Origin: Clostridia bacterium
GTDB taxonomy: Bacteria > Bacillota > Clostridia > Christensenellales > UMGS416
Reading direction: 5' to 3'
Assembly: GCA_016938675.1 (NCBI GenBank)
Contig: JAFGUF010000045.1
Span: 14,450-78,449, forward strand
Length of the DNA: 64,000 bases
Both the position numbers and the translations under genes were made by a program. This document shows positions 44,458-53,550 of this stretch, one piece after another. A model generated the notes under the pieces. It did no database searches and was not told where the DNA came from. It was given only the letters and a program-made list of their open reading frames with translations. The number at the start of each line of letters is the position of its first letter. The first letter of the stretch is position 1.

Positions 44458-45960
44458 CTATTTCCGGCTGAAAGCAAATTTCAGCATATCTCCTCTGCCC
44501 TTTCCCTTGAATGTAAAATTAAGAGCGTGAATACCACTAATATTTATTTCAATCTTGCTTTCTATCCAGCTATTAGAGGGCATCATTTCAATCTCGCCAT
44601 AAGTATTGCCTGCTTCATCCGTAACGGTAATCTTTCCTTTGGCCTTTCCTCTGGTCGTCACCGACAGGAGCGTTGCCCCCTCAAAATCAAAATACTTATA
44701 TCCTATAAATGTATTGTTGCATATGCCTGAAATAAACCTATCATTATGCTCATGAGTAATATGCGGCTTTTTCTTCTTGGTTATTCCGTTTTCAGCGTGC
44801 GGCATTTTGCCGTCAGTTAGGTTGCATGCTATCACAGCAGGATATTCTCCCTTTGCTTCAAGCGGCCCTCCATTCAAACCGCAGGATGTCATCTCAACCT
44901 GCTTGATTGAGCCATCTTCCGCTATTTCAATCTTTTCGGCGCATCCCTGCCTGGAATATGAACTCATATGCGTATGCCTGTGGTAGAAGATATACCAGCT
45001 TCCGTTAATCAGTTCAATGCTTCCATGGTTATTACCCGTAAAGCACAGCCTGTCTTTTTCTTTTCTGCCACCAATGCCTATATCGCCGTTGGAGACTATT
45101 GTTCCGCCATACTTGAACCCCTTGTCCGGATATTTGCTTACAGCATAGCATAGCTCGTGCATATGAGTAGAAGAATAGATAAAGTAAAATAAACCATTTA
45201 CTTTTCTTATGGAGCTCGCTTCAAAAAAGGCATGGCCCTCAAAATCCGTTCCTTTTGCGTCCATTTCACATGGGATTATCCTCTTGATTTCGCCCTTAAC
45301 GGTCAGCATGTCATCCTCTAATTCCAGAACATTTGCGCCCATTATGCCAAGAGGCTCCGTTTTTATCTCCTGCATGTCCTTGTGAAAAACGTTCTGCATC
45401 ACTTTGTAGTATGCATTCTTCTTAATCGGATTATTTGTCGGCCAAATCGGCAGCGACCATCCGTAGTACAAATATATTCTGCCGTCGTCGTTGATAGCGG
45501 CCGGATCAAAGGGAATGTACCTGTAAACGGCGCTGCCGTCTGCATATTTTACATCCCCGATATATTCATATTCTCCTGCTGGAGTATCGCACACTGCAGC
45601 AGAAATCGGCCCGTCAAATCCGCCTTTCCCTGCCCGTCCTGAAAGGCAGTAATAAAGATAGTACCTGCCGTCATTGCCTCGCACTACATCGGGGGCGTAA
45701 AGATATTTCCTTTGCCCGCCGCCTTTTGCCTTTTCCCTGCTGTGCGGATCCTTAGACGAACTATAAATCGTTCCTTCAAAACGCCATTGAGTCAGGTCAT
45801 GTATATCCGCCGAATATGAAACATAATCCAGCTCACAAAAAGTGTCGCCGCCCTCTCTGTCATGGGAGCCGAATATGTAAACCCTGTCTCCGAAAACATG
45901 CGGTTCGCCGTCAGGGATGTATTCATTCAGCGGCAGGTATGGGTTATAAATCTGTGCCAT
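44458..45960 (-). CDS. Glycoside hydrolase family 43-like protein (intracellular)
   Basis: The N-terminus NPYLPLNEYIPDGEPHVFGDRVYIFGSHD is typical of a GH43 five-bladed propeller subfamily. A C-terminal beta-sandwich is likely. There is no signal peptide. Confidence 0.7.
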   Translation of the reverse strand: MAQIYNPYLPLNEYIPDGEPHVFGDRVYIFGSHDREGGDTFCELDYVSYSADIHDLTQWRFEGTIYSSSKDPHSREKAKGGGQRKYLYAPDVVRGNDGRYYLYYCLSGRAGKGGFDGPISAAVCDTPAGEYEYIGDVKYADGSAVYRYIPFDPAAINDDGRIYLYYGWSLPIWPTNNPIKKNAYYKVMQNVFHKDMQEIKTEPLGIMGANVLELEDDMLTVKGEIKRIIPCEMDAKGTDFEGHAFFEASSIRKVNGLFYFIYSSTHMHELCYAVSKYPDKGFKYGGTIVSNGDIGIGGRKEKDRLCFTGNNHGSIELINGSWYIFYHRHTHMSSYSRQGCAEKIEIAEDGSIKQVEMTSCGLNGGPLEAKGEYPAVIACNLTDGKMPHAENGITKKKKPHITHEHNDRFISGICNNTFIGYKYFDFEGATLLSVTTRGKAKGKITVTDEAGNTYGEIEMMPSNSWIESKIEINISGIHALNFTFKGKGRGDMLKFAFSRK

Positions 45961-46001
45961 ATGCTTATCCTTCCTATTGTAATTCTGATTTTTTTATTCT
46001 T

Positions 46002-47894
46002 CTAAAGTAATGCTCTTTCTTCCTCACTTGGCTCAGCATAATGCTTTGCCTGCGCATCCCAGAGCTCATAATATTTACCGTCTTTATCCTGAACTAGCTT
46101 CTCATGGCTCCCAAGCTGCACAATTCTTCCCTTGTCGAAAACAGCTATACTATGGCAGAATCTACACGATGAAAGCCTATGTGATATGAAAACTGCCGCC
46201 TTGCTGCCTACAAGAGTGTCAAGCTTTGAATATATCTCATATTCAGTAATCGGGTCAAGTGCAGCGGTAGGCTCATCCAGTACAACCACAGGCGCATCTT
46301 TATATAGGGCTCTTGCTATGGCTGTCTTCTGCCTTTCGCCTCCGGAAAAATCTCGGCCGTGCTCATCGAAATTCTTGTCCATGCATACCTTGTAGTCTCC
46401 CTTTAATTCATCTGCAATATTTTTGAGCCCCGCATTTATGATGCACTCCTGTAGCCTTACCGGATCAGGTTTTTCGCTCACTGCGATGTTTTGATCAAGT
46501 TCAAAGGAGAAAAGCTTGAAATCCTGAAACACCACAGAAAACATCTTTATATATTCATCATAATCGTATTCTTTTATATCTATGCCATTTAGAGTTATTG
46601 TGCCTTCTGACGGGTCATAGAGCCTGCATAGCAGCTTCACCATAGTTGTCTTCCCGGCGCCGTTCATTCCCACAACTGCCAGTCTCTCACCTTTTTTAAT
46701 TTGCAGGTTTATTTTATCAAGTACCAGATTATCAGTAGACGGATATTTAAAAGATACATTCTTGAATTCAAATATATATCTATTTCCATCTGCACCATTT
46801 ATTTTTTCTGCGCCCTGCTTTTTCATCTCAGGCAAATCGAAAAATTTAATGCTGTTTTTGAAGTGTTCGCAGGAAACTATCAGCATGTTGTATTGCTTCA
46901 TCAGGCTTCCCAGAGCCTGATAAAGCCGCATTATTGCATTTATCTGAATGAAAATCGCTCCCACAGTTATTGCTCCGACATATGCTTTTAATATTATAAA
47001 AGTATAAACAGCAATTAGCAACAAAACATTTACTAGGTTAAGAATTGAAAAGTGTTTAATATTAGGCCGTACATAGTTTTCTTCTACCTCATTGCAGCTG
47101 TCATCTACGTAGTACTTAATCTTTTCTCCCAGCATATTCTGCGCATTGTACAGCCTTATGTCCTTGCCATTTTCATAATTGTAGCTGATGTGAAAAAATA
47201 AATACCCGAATGTTCTGTTTGACTTAACACCGTTTTTTGCATTATTCGCCGCAGTTTTCCCTATCCTGCTCTGTACCAGGCTGTATATGCCCAGCCCCGC
47301 AAGGAGAAGAAAAATAAGCCCTGCTGCAGCAGCGGTCGACTCAATAAACTGCAGGCTTTGGTCGGCTATCTCAATACCTCCACCGGAAAAAACTGTACAT
47401 ATAAGAACCAGCGCAATCAGTATCTCCAGCAAAGCCAGCGCACCCTTCTGCATATATTCTGCTATGTTCCATATGCCCATATAGTTGTGCCCTGCCTCCT
47501 CTATTAGCTGCAGCAGGTCACGGGTCTGCGGCTTTTCAGCCTCAGCATAGCTCATTTTCATGCATTTTTTTGAAAGTTCAAAAAAGTAATTGTTTATTAG
47601 CATGCGGTTTTTATCATTGTACTTTTTAGTATAGAAAGCAAGAAGAATATGGTCAGCCAAGGTTAACCCCACCAGCAAAGATATTAGTAATATAAGTCTA
47701 TTAATGTCTTTGCCGCCCAGAAGCTCATCCAGTATTTTTGCTGAAAGAATTATCGGTATAAATGGCTTTAACGACTGCAATACAGCCTGAACAACGAGAA
47801 CTCCTATATACTCTTTTTGAAGCTGGCGTATTTTCCTGACGGCCGCGATTATTGAAGATACATTAAGTCTTATTTTTTTATTTTCCTGCATCAT
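46002..47894 (-). CDS. ABC exporter, fused permease/ATPase (half-transporter B)
   Basis: It has an N-terminal six-TM domain, Walker A GMNGAGKTT, the signature FSGGERQK and Walker B VVVLDEPTAALD. Confidence 0.9.
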   Translation of the reverse strand: MMQENKKIRLNVSSIIAAVRKIRQLQKEYIGVLVVQAVLQSLKPFIPIILSAKILDELLGGKDINRLILLISLLVGLTLADHILLAFYTKKYNDKNRMLINNYFFELSKKCMKMSYAEAEKPQTRDLLQLIEEAGHNYMGIWNIAEYMQKGALALLEILIALVLICTVFSGGGIEIADQSLQFIESTAAAAGLIFLLLAGLGIYSLVQSRIGKTAANNAKNGVKSNRTFGYLFFHISYNYENGKDIRLYNAQNMLGEKIKYYVDDSCNEVEENYVRPNIKHFSILNLVNVLLLIAVYTFIILKAYVGAITVGAIFIQINAIMRLYQALGSLMKQYNMLIVSCEHFKNSIKFFDLPEMKKQGAEKINGADGNRYIFEFKNVSFKYPSTDNLVLDKINLQIKKGERLAVVGMNGAGKTTMVKLLCRLYDPSEGTITLNGIDIKEYDYDEYIKMFSVVFQDFKLFSFELDQNIAVSEKPDPVRLQECIINAGLKNIADELKGDYKVCMDKNFDEHGRDFSGGERQKTAIARALYKDAPVVVLDEPTAALDPITEYEIYSKLDTLVGSKAAVFISHRLSSCRFCHSIAVFDKGRIVQLGSHEKLVQDKDGKYYELWDAQAKHYAEPSEEERALL

Positions 47895-49741
47895 GCGGAT
47901 GCCTCTTCTTTCCGGTCATTGTAGTAATGGCTCTGCACCATGTACATATGGGCATATTTCCCGTTTAGCTTCATCAGTTCATCATGTGTGCCACGCTCAG
48001 TGATGCAGCCGCCATCCAAAAGCAGCACCTCATCACAGAACTTTGTGCTTGATAATCTATGTGAAATGTAAATTGAGGTTTTTCCCTTAGTCATTTCATT
48101 ATATTTTTCATAAAGCTGCGCTTCTGCTATAGGGTCCAATGCGGAAGACGGCTCATCCAAAATCAAAAACGGCGCGTCTTTATAAAGTGCGCGTGCCAAA
48201 ATCAGCTTCTGCCTCTCTCCGCCCGAAAGTTCCGTACCTTGATCATCCAGATATCTTTCGGCACTTGTGTATTTTCCATTTTCAAGGCTGTTTATCTTTT
48301 CTTCCAGCCCGGCGAGTTTTATTACATCATCCACTCTCTCCTGGTCGGTCTCTTCACTTGATTTCATAGATATGTTCGAATCAATGCCGTATGCAAGCAC
48401 CAAAGCATCCTGAAAAGCCACAGAGAACAAATCAAAGTAATCTCTTATATCTATTTCCTTTGAATTGATATCATTAATGAGTATCTGCCCTTCAGACGGC
48501 TCCACAAGATTCAGCATCAGCTTTACCAGAGTGGATTTCCCCGCACCGTTTACACCCACCAGCGCAATCTTTTTCCCTTTTTGTATTTTCAGATCAAAAT
48601 TCTTAAATATTTCTTTTTCTCCGTATGAAAAGCATACATTCCTAAACTCAATTGAAACAGGACTATTAAAGCTCATTGCAGGAAGCCTGGAATTGAGGTT
48701 CTCCTCTGCTTTATCCATAAACACTCTGAAATCCGAAAGCTCCAGAGAGTCGGCTGCTAGTATTATAGCATTCTTTGCAAGATTACTTACCCACATTGAA
48801 AATCCTGCTATTAAGCTAATATAAAGAATAAATTCAGATACAGGTATTTCATTATTTAATACCAGAATCACAAGGTAACCATATGCAATACCATCCCGCA
48901 AAAAAGCCACCAGCCCATCTGCAGCCGCACTAAGAAATTCTCGAAGCGTTATTTTGCTTTCCCATTCATTCTCTTCATCGACAAACTTTTGCCCGAGTGA
49001 CACCAGCCAGTCGAACATTCCGTACATCCTGATATCTTTAGCGTACTTGCTGTCCCTTGTAGCATTTTTTACATAATGCCCCTTTTTTCTAATCTTGTTT
49101 ATTGTGTCTTTGTGCTTTAATCTGTACCTGTTTACAACATTCCCGGCAAGGAAGCTAAGTATTCCGCAGGCAATAAGCCCCAGTATAATAAAAGGGCTCA
49201 ATGAAGATAGTATTATTATATAAACCACTGCACCTATAAGATTTGCTCCGCACTCTACAATGCGCAGAACAGTGTCTTCAACACCTGTTGCAGGCCTGCT
49301 CATTGCATGCTGTGCCTTTCCGCATTCCAGCTGGCCCAGCTCAGATGACAGATATTTATAGTGCACATGCATCGTGGCAAGGCACATCTCTGAGCCTAAT
49401 TTCATGCTGCGGTACATTGATTTCATTATAGGGAAATATCCGTCCGCAAAGCTCCTGATTTGACCCAGAATTAATGAAACCACTCCGAAGACAACAATAA
49501 GAATAATAAAATCTGACAAAGCTCTGCTTTCCTCAAAAAATTGAACTATGAACTTAGGCATCAATATTGTAATCATAGGTTGAGCAACCATTACAAATAC
49601 CATTTCCGCCATTGCAACCAGCAATATCTTGTTTATCCTATAAACATTTTTGAACGTGAAAATAATATTAGAAAAAACACCATGTTTCGGCTTGGTATTC
49701 TTCATTTTGTACCTCTTTAAATTTTTATATTTGTTGAACAC
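47891..49741 (-). CDS. ABC exporter, fused permease/ATPase (half-transporter A)
   Basis: It has Walker A GVNGAGKST, the signature LSGGERQK and Walker B FLILDEPSSALD. A 4-nt overlap with the partner gene suggests a heterodimer. Confidence 0.9.
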   Translation of the reverse strand: MFNKYKNLKRYKMKNTKPKHGVFSNIIFTFKNVYRINKILLVAMAEMVFVMVAQPMITILMPKFIVQFFEESRALSDFIILIVVFGVVSLILGQIRSFADGYFPIMKSMYRSMKLGSEMCLATMHVHYKYLSSELGQLECGKAQHAMSRPATGVEDTVLRIVECGANLIGAVVYIIILSSLSPFIILGLIACGILSFLAGNVVNRYRLKHKDTINKIRKKGHYVKNATRDSKYAKDIRMYGMFDWLVSLGQKFVDEENEWESKITLREFLSAAADGLVAFLRDGIAYGYLVILVLNNEIPVSEFILYISLIAGFSMWVSNLAKNAIILAADSLELSDFRVFMDKAEENLNSRLPAMSFNSPVSIEFRNVCFSYGEKEIFKNFDLKIQKGKKIALVGVNGAGKSTLVKLMLNLVEPSEGQILINDINSKEIDIRDYFDLFSVAFQDALVLAYGIDSNISMKSSEETDQERVDDVIKLAGLEEKINSLENGKYTSAERYLDDQGTELSGGERQKLILARALYKDAPFLILDEPSSALDPIAEAQLYEKYNEMTKGKTSIYISHRLSSTKFCDEVLLLDGGCITERGTHDELMKLNGKYAHMYMVQSHYYNDRKEEASA

Positions 49742-49850
49742 AATAATTAAATGTATTTATATAGAAAAGATGTTTTCTGCTTTCTCTGTATTTTATATCA
49801 TATATCATATAACATTTTTTTACAAGCAGTAAATATCCTGCTTTTTACAT

Positions 49851-49878
49851 AAAAAAAGCACCAGTATAATACCGGTGC
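49851..49878 (-). terminator. Terminator after hsp20
   Basis: Minus strand gcaccggta-tta-tactggtgc forms a 9-bp stem with one mismatch, followed by ttttttt. Confidence 0.6.
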
Positions 49879-49902
49879 GTTGATTGGGTTGGGAGATTGA
49901 AA

Positions 49903-50349
49903 TTACTTAATATCTATCTGCTTTACTTTCTGCGCTTCAGATACTTTCGGTACTGTTATTGTCAGTACGCCGTTTTCCAGCTTCGCCTCAATGTCTTCAT
50001 TCTTGACATCACGCAGATAGATGTTTCTGCCCATAGATTCGAACCTTCTCTCCTTATGGACATAATTTTTGTCAGTTTCTTCTGTGACTTCTTCTCTCTT
50101 AACATTTATGCTGAGAGTGTTTTCTCTTAGCTCCAGGCTTATTTCGTCTTTGCTGATTCCTGGCATATCCGCCTCAATTACGTAGGTTTCGTCATTGTCC
50201 TGAACGTCCACTTTGAATGTGTCCTTCGAAACGCTTAATGTTGGCGACCACATATCATTAAAAAAGCCGTCGAGCATATTACCAACACTTGCAATCTCAA
50301 AAGGAACAATCCTGCTGCTTCTGCGATTCAATGGTATCATGTTTGTCAT
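49903..50349 (-). CDS. hsp20: Small heat-shock protein, Hsp20/alpha-crystallin family
   Basis: The alpha-crystallin domain runs FKVDVQDNDETYVIEADMPGISKDEISLEL...LENGVLTITVPK. The RBS aaggag lies 8 nt before the ATG at 50349. The tracked ORF runs through the promoter and operator and is too long. Confidence 0.9.
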   Translation of the reverse strand: MTNMIPLNRRSSRIVPFEIASVGNMLDGFFNDMWSPTLSVSKDTFKVDVQDNDETYVIEADMPGISKDEISLELRENTLSINVKREEVTEETDKNYVHKERRFESMGRNIYLRDVKNEDIEAKLENGVLTITVPKVSEAQKVKQIDIK

Positions 50350-50378
50350 ATTCGTCAACTCCTTATTTTCTGATTTTG

Positions 50379-50405
50379 TTAGCACTCTTGTTAGGTGAGT
50401 GCTAA
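50379..50405. promoter_or_regulatory. CIRCE element (HrcA operator), perfect consensus
   Basis: TTAGCACTC-ttgttaggt-GAGTGCTAA matches TTAGCACTC-N9-GAGTGCTAA exactly. It sits between the promoter and the hsp20 RBS. Confidence 0.9.
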
Positions 50406-50415
50406 TTACATTTTT

Positions 50416-50443
50416 ATTATATCTCTTTCTAAGCAAATGTCAA
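50416..50443 (-). promoter_or_regulatory. Consensus sigmaA promoter of hsp20
   Basis: Minus strand reads TTGACA, then a 16-nt spacer, then TATAAT. CIRCE begins 10 nt downstream of the -10. Confidence 0.75.
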
Positions 50444-50537
50444 GGGGTTTTTGAAAATTTTTTATCATTTTTTCTTGTTGAATGTTTAATAAATCCCACA
50501 AGAACGCTAGGAGCAAGAAAGGCCATATGTAAAATCA

Positions 50538-50572
50538 TAAAAATTAGCTCAAACATAATAATGCCGAGCTAA
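50538..50572 (-). terminator. Terminator after uvsE
   Basis: ttagctc / gagctaa forms a 7-bp stem with a 15-nt loop. On the minus strand it is followed by tttttatgatttt. Confidence 0.45.
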
Positions 50573-50625
50573 GCTTTTGTGAAATTATAAAATAAAGTGA
50601 TTCTTGCGTTACTACACGTAGGCAA

Positions 50626-51906
50626 TCACCACTCTATAAAATAATAAGAATTAAGCAAATATTCAATATCATATTTTTCAGCAAGGACGCGCATTGTTTT
50701 TTTCATACTTTTAAGCGAGATTTTAACTTCCCTGTATTTTTCAATTGAGTTGATTATTCTTCGTTTTTCAGTATCTGTAGCAAGTTTCCTGAAATATCCG
50801 GCTACATGCTGAGCCGCATTTATTTCATTATTCTTAATTGATTCACAACTGATGGCTTCCTCTATGATCTCATAGAAATCTTTTACCAAGTATTTAGTTT
50901 TGTCCTTAAGCAGTTCTCTGATTTTGTAGTATCCTTCGGGGTACTTGCCAAGCACATAGTATTTATATCTTGCCCATTCCGTTTCCAAGTGCTTAGCACT
51001 ATACTTCTTTCCGCTATATAGTATGCACTTGACTGCTGATATGTTTTTATCCTTCACCTCCAGCATTATATCTATATTCCTGTCCGGTAAATCATTCAGG
51101 AACTCGCTGAATACCTTTGCATCAATTGTTTTGGAATGTGCGCCGGCGGATTTTTCTATGTTCTGCTGAGAGTAGTGTATCTTCTGCGGTCCGTCCTTTT
51201 CTTTCCATGTCGCGCCGCTTCTTTCTATCCATTCGAACTGGCTGTTTTTATTCGCAGCCGGATTTATTTGGTGGTGAAGATTATCGAACACCACTGGAAT
51301 GCCGCACTGCGCTGATATATTTAGTACGTCTTCAATGTTATAATTTTTGTCGTCATTCTCTATAATAAGGCGTCTTTTTATAGCTTTATCCAGCCTTTTG
51401 TAATTTAAAACAAATCGATTGATCGCCTGCTTTTTATCTCCGTATACTCCTCCGATGTGCAGCACTATTTTGCAGCTTTCGTCCACACCAAGGCAATCTA
51501 GGAAATAGGCATGATATTTAAGGTCATCAATTGCGTTCTCCACGACGCTTTCGCTCAACGAATTAAGCACTGTATACTGCCCCGGATGCATGGATACGCG
51601 TATATTGTTAGCTATAATGAGTTCGCCGATCTTTTTTATCTTTTCACGAAAAATACTGCACCACTCAATAGAAACCAGCGGATGGCTGGCAAGCGGAATG
51701 ATATCAGAGCTGATTCGGAACAACCTTATGTCATTTTCTGCGTTGTACTTTATCACCGTTTCAAGTGCATTTAAATTGTTTTCAATGATTCCTTTTAATC
51801 TGTCATCTTCAGCATTCTGAAGTCTGCACGTTTTTAAACCTGCATTTTTAAGGCCCAGCGTTATGCAGGCATATCCAATGTTGTACACATTACTATCTAT
51901 TCTCAT
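50626..51906 (-). CDS. uvsE: UV-damage endonuclease (UvdE/UvsE)
   Basis: It has the IGYACITLG start block, a TIM-barrel-type HPGQY motif, and VLHIGG and IENDD blocks typical of UVDE. A ~120-aa C-terminal helical extension is present. Confidence 0.8.
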   Translation of the reverse strand: MRIDSNVYNIGYACITLGLKNAGLKTCRLQNAEDDRLKGIIENNLNALETVIKYNAENDIRLFRISSDIIPLASHPLVSIEWCSIFREKIKKIGELIIANNIRVSMHPGQYTVLNSLSESVVENAIDDLKYHAYFLDCLGVDESCKIVLHIGGVYGDKKQAINRFVLNYKRLDKAIKRRLIIENDDKNYNIEDVLNISAQCGIPVVFDNLHHQINPAANKNSQFEWIERSGATWKEKDGPQKIHYSQQNIEKSAGAHSKTIDAKVFSEFLNDLPDRNIDIMLEVKDKNISAVKCILYSGKKYSAKHLETEWARYKYYVLGKYPEGYYKIRELLKDKTKYLVKDFYEIIEEAISCESIKNNEINAAQHVAGYFRKLATDTEKRRIINSIEKYREVKISLKSMKKTMRVLAEKYDIEYLLNSYYFIEW

Positions 51907-51990
51907 TTTACACTTCTCTTTTATAAATACTGCTAAAAAAATGGATAAGCGCTTCTTTAAAACGCATTATCCATTTTTGTTTCATTATTC

Positions 51991-52359
51991 TCAGCTTATG
52001 AGCCACGGAACTACCAGATGCACAACCAGCAGAACCACCAGAACCATACCTAGCACTTTGTGCAAAGTGAGTATTGGCTTTTTCTTCATTGAAATAAACA
52101 TGCCGCCTACGAACATAGTTATAAGAGCAGCTACAGCCACCAATGTGCCGGTGTGCAGCGCTATTTTGTGTAAAGCGAGATATCCATGCACTACGGCGCT
52201 TACAACAAGCAGCGCACCCAGCGGCCTGTGGAATTTGCTCAAAAACTTCTTAAGCTTAAAAAGGAAGCTGTCCTTATTTTTAACGCCTTTAAGAATGACA
52301 AAAGGAATTAAGAGGATTACAACTATACCTACATTTATCCATCCAAGCACTGGATACAT
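51991..52359 (-). CDS. Four-helix membrane protein with conserved His (DUF4405 / cytochrome-b-like, tentative)
   Basis: 122 aa with four hydrophobic helices. His residues lie within the helices (FHRPLGALLVVSAVVHGYLALH, TLHKVLG, VVHLVV). The start follows the upstream stop by one nt. Confidence 0.5.
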   Translation of the reverse strand: MYPVLGWINVGIVVILLIPFVILKGVKNKDSFLFKLKKFLSKFHRPLGALLVVSAVVHGYLALHKIALHTGTLVAVAALITMFVGGMFISMKKKPILTLHKVLGMVLVVLLVVHLVVPWLIS

Positions 52360-52360
52360 A

Positions 52361-52726
52361 TCAATCTACCACCTTTCCGACAACAGTAAGACCGTCAAGC
52401 TTGGATGTACCGTGAGCAGCGCTTCCTAGCTTCTCTGTTATGTCTGATCCCGCCATATTGCCTCCGTGTATTCCTGTAGTCCACTGAGGAATATCGGAAA
52501 CATCATATATTGTTCCTTCATATGCCACATATGCCGGCATCCCATCTTTACCATTGTAAGCTTTTAACTCATCAAGCGTAAGCGAAAGCTGTTCTGATGT
52601 CGTCTCTGTTTCCGTATTAGTCTGCGTTTGTGGAGCTGTATTATCTGCCGTGCAGCCTGCAAGTGAAGCTGCAATTATTAAAACTACCGCTATAACTGGC
52701 AGTGTTTTCTTCATTCTTTTTCTCAT
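52361..52726 (-). CDS. Lipoprotein with cytochrome b5-like heme/steroid-binding domain
   Basis: A lipobox is present (SLAGC). LTLDELKAYNGKDGMPAYVAYEGTIYDVS ... GIHGGNMAGSDIT matches the cyt-b5-like (PGRMC-type) fold signature. Confidence 0.7.
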   Translation of the reverse strand: MRKRMKKTLPVIAVVLIIAASLAGCTADNTAPQTQTNTETETTSEQLSLTLDELKAYNGKDGMPAYVAYEGTIYDVSDIPQWTTGIHGGNMAGSDITEKLGSAAHGTSKLDGLTVVGKVVD

Positions 52727-53141
52727 TTTTCTCTCCTATCTAATGTAATTTTTTTGTTTTTATACAAAAAGTATTTTTTATATTTCTAAACCAATAATTC
52801 CAAAGTTAAACAGTGGCCATAAATTAAAAACATCAAATAAGACTAATACCATTATTAATAGTATTAAATTATTTGCAATGCTGCCTCAATGCCTCAAAAG
52901 CCTAGAGGCGACTTTACTACTCATCGTATCCGTATATTCCACGCGTTCATTATTGCCATTTTGTACTGCAAGTCCGAAAACAAATCCTGCGGTCCGCATA
53001 TCCGCTTCGTTACAATTATTGTTTTGGAATATTTCAGTAAATCATTTTGCGCGTTTCAAGCATAATCTTTAAATAAAAAACAGCACCTGCAATCATAAAT
53101 GAATGCAAATGCCGCTTTCAGTTTTAGCCTTTATAAATAAA

Positions 53142-53354
53142 TTATACTATAAAAACGTTCACAGCCCTGAACTTATTCTTGTTCTTTGGGTCCTGCTCCA
53201 TATCAAAAGTCACTTTTTGTCCTTCTTCTAATGTTTTGTACCCTTGGCTCATAATTGCTGAGTAATGAACAAAGCAATCTTCTCCTCCGTTGTCATTTGC
53301 AATAAATCCGAAACCTTTTTCCGAATTAAACCATTTTACTGTACCACTATTCAT
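53142..53354 (-). CDS. csp: Cold-shock protein (CspA family)
   Basis: [15 protein letters not shown] is the RNP1 motif and CFVHYS the RNP2 motif. The product is 70 aa. Confidence 0.95.
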   Translation of the reverse strand: MNSGTVKWFNSEKGFGFIANDNGGEDCFVHYSAIMSQGYKTLEEGQKVTFDMEQDPKNKNKFRAVNVFIV

Positions 53355-53477
53355 CTGGCACCTCCTGTTTGTGCTTTATCCTGTACAAACGAAAACACAT
53401 GTGTCTGTAAATCATAAAATGAAACAATGATTTACAAATACATGTGTAGTCATTCCGTACATTTTGGATATCGCGTA

Positions 53478-53508
53478 ATATTAACATATTTTGCTTGCAT
53501 CTGTCAAG
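53478..53508 (-). promoter_or_regulatory. Putative csp promoter giving a ~115-nt 5' UTR
   Basis: Minus strand reads TTGACA, then 18-19 nt, then TGtTAATAT (an extended -10). The spacing is slightly long. Confidence 0.45.
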
Positions 53509-53550
53509 AGATAGATATTTAAAAGACAATATTTATTTAAAAAACGCGAT

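Noticed and set aside
49903-50436. 177-aa version of the hsp20 ORF
   Set aside because: The upstream 29 codons run through the CIRCE operator and up to the promoter -35. A strong RBS precedes the internal ATG at 50349.
52878-53072. 64-aa plus-strand ORF in the csp-downstream spacer
   Set aside because: It has no RBS, an odd composition and no motif. The region is kept only as an unexplained non-coding stretch.
53347-53529. 60-aa minus-strand ORF upstream of csp
   Set aside because: It overlaps the csp start codon region, has no RBS and has an implausible composition. The region is better explained as the long 5' UTR typical of cold-shock genes.
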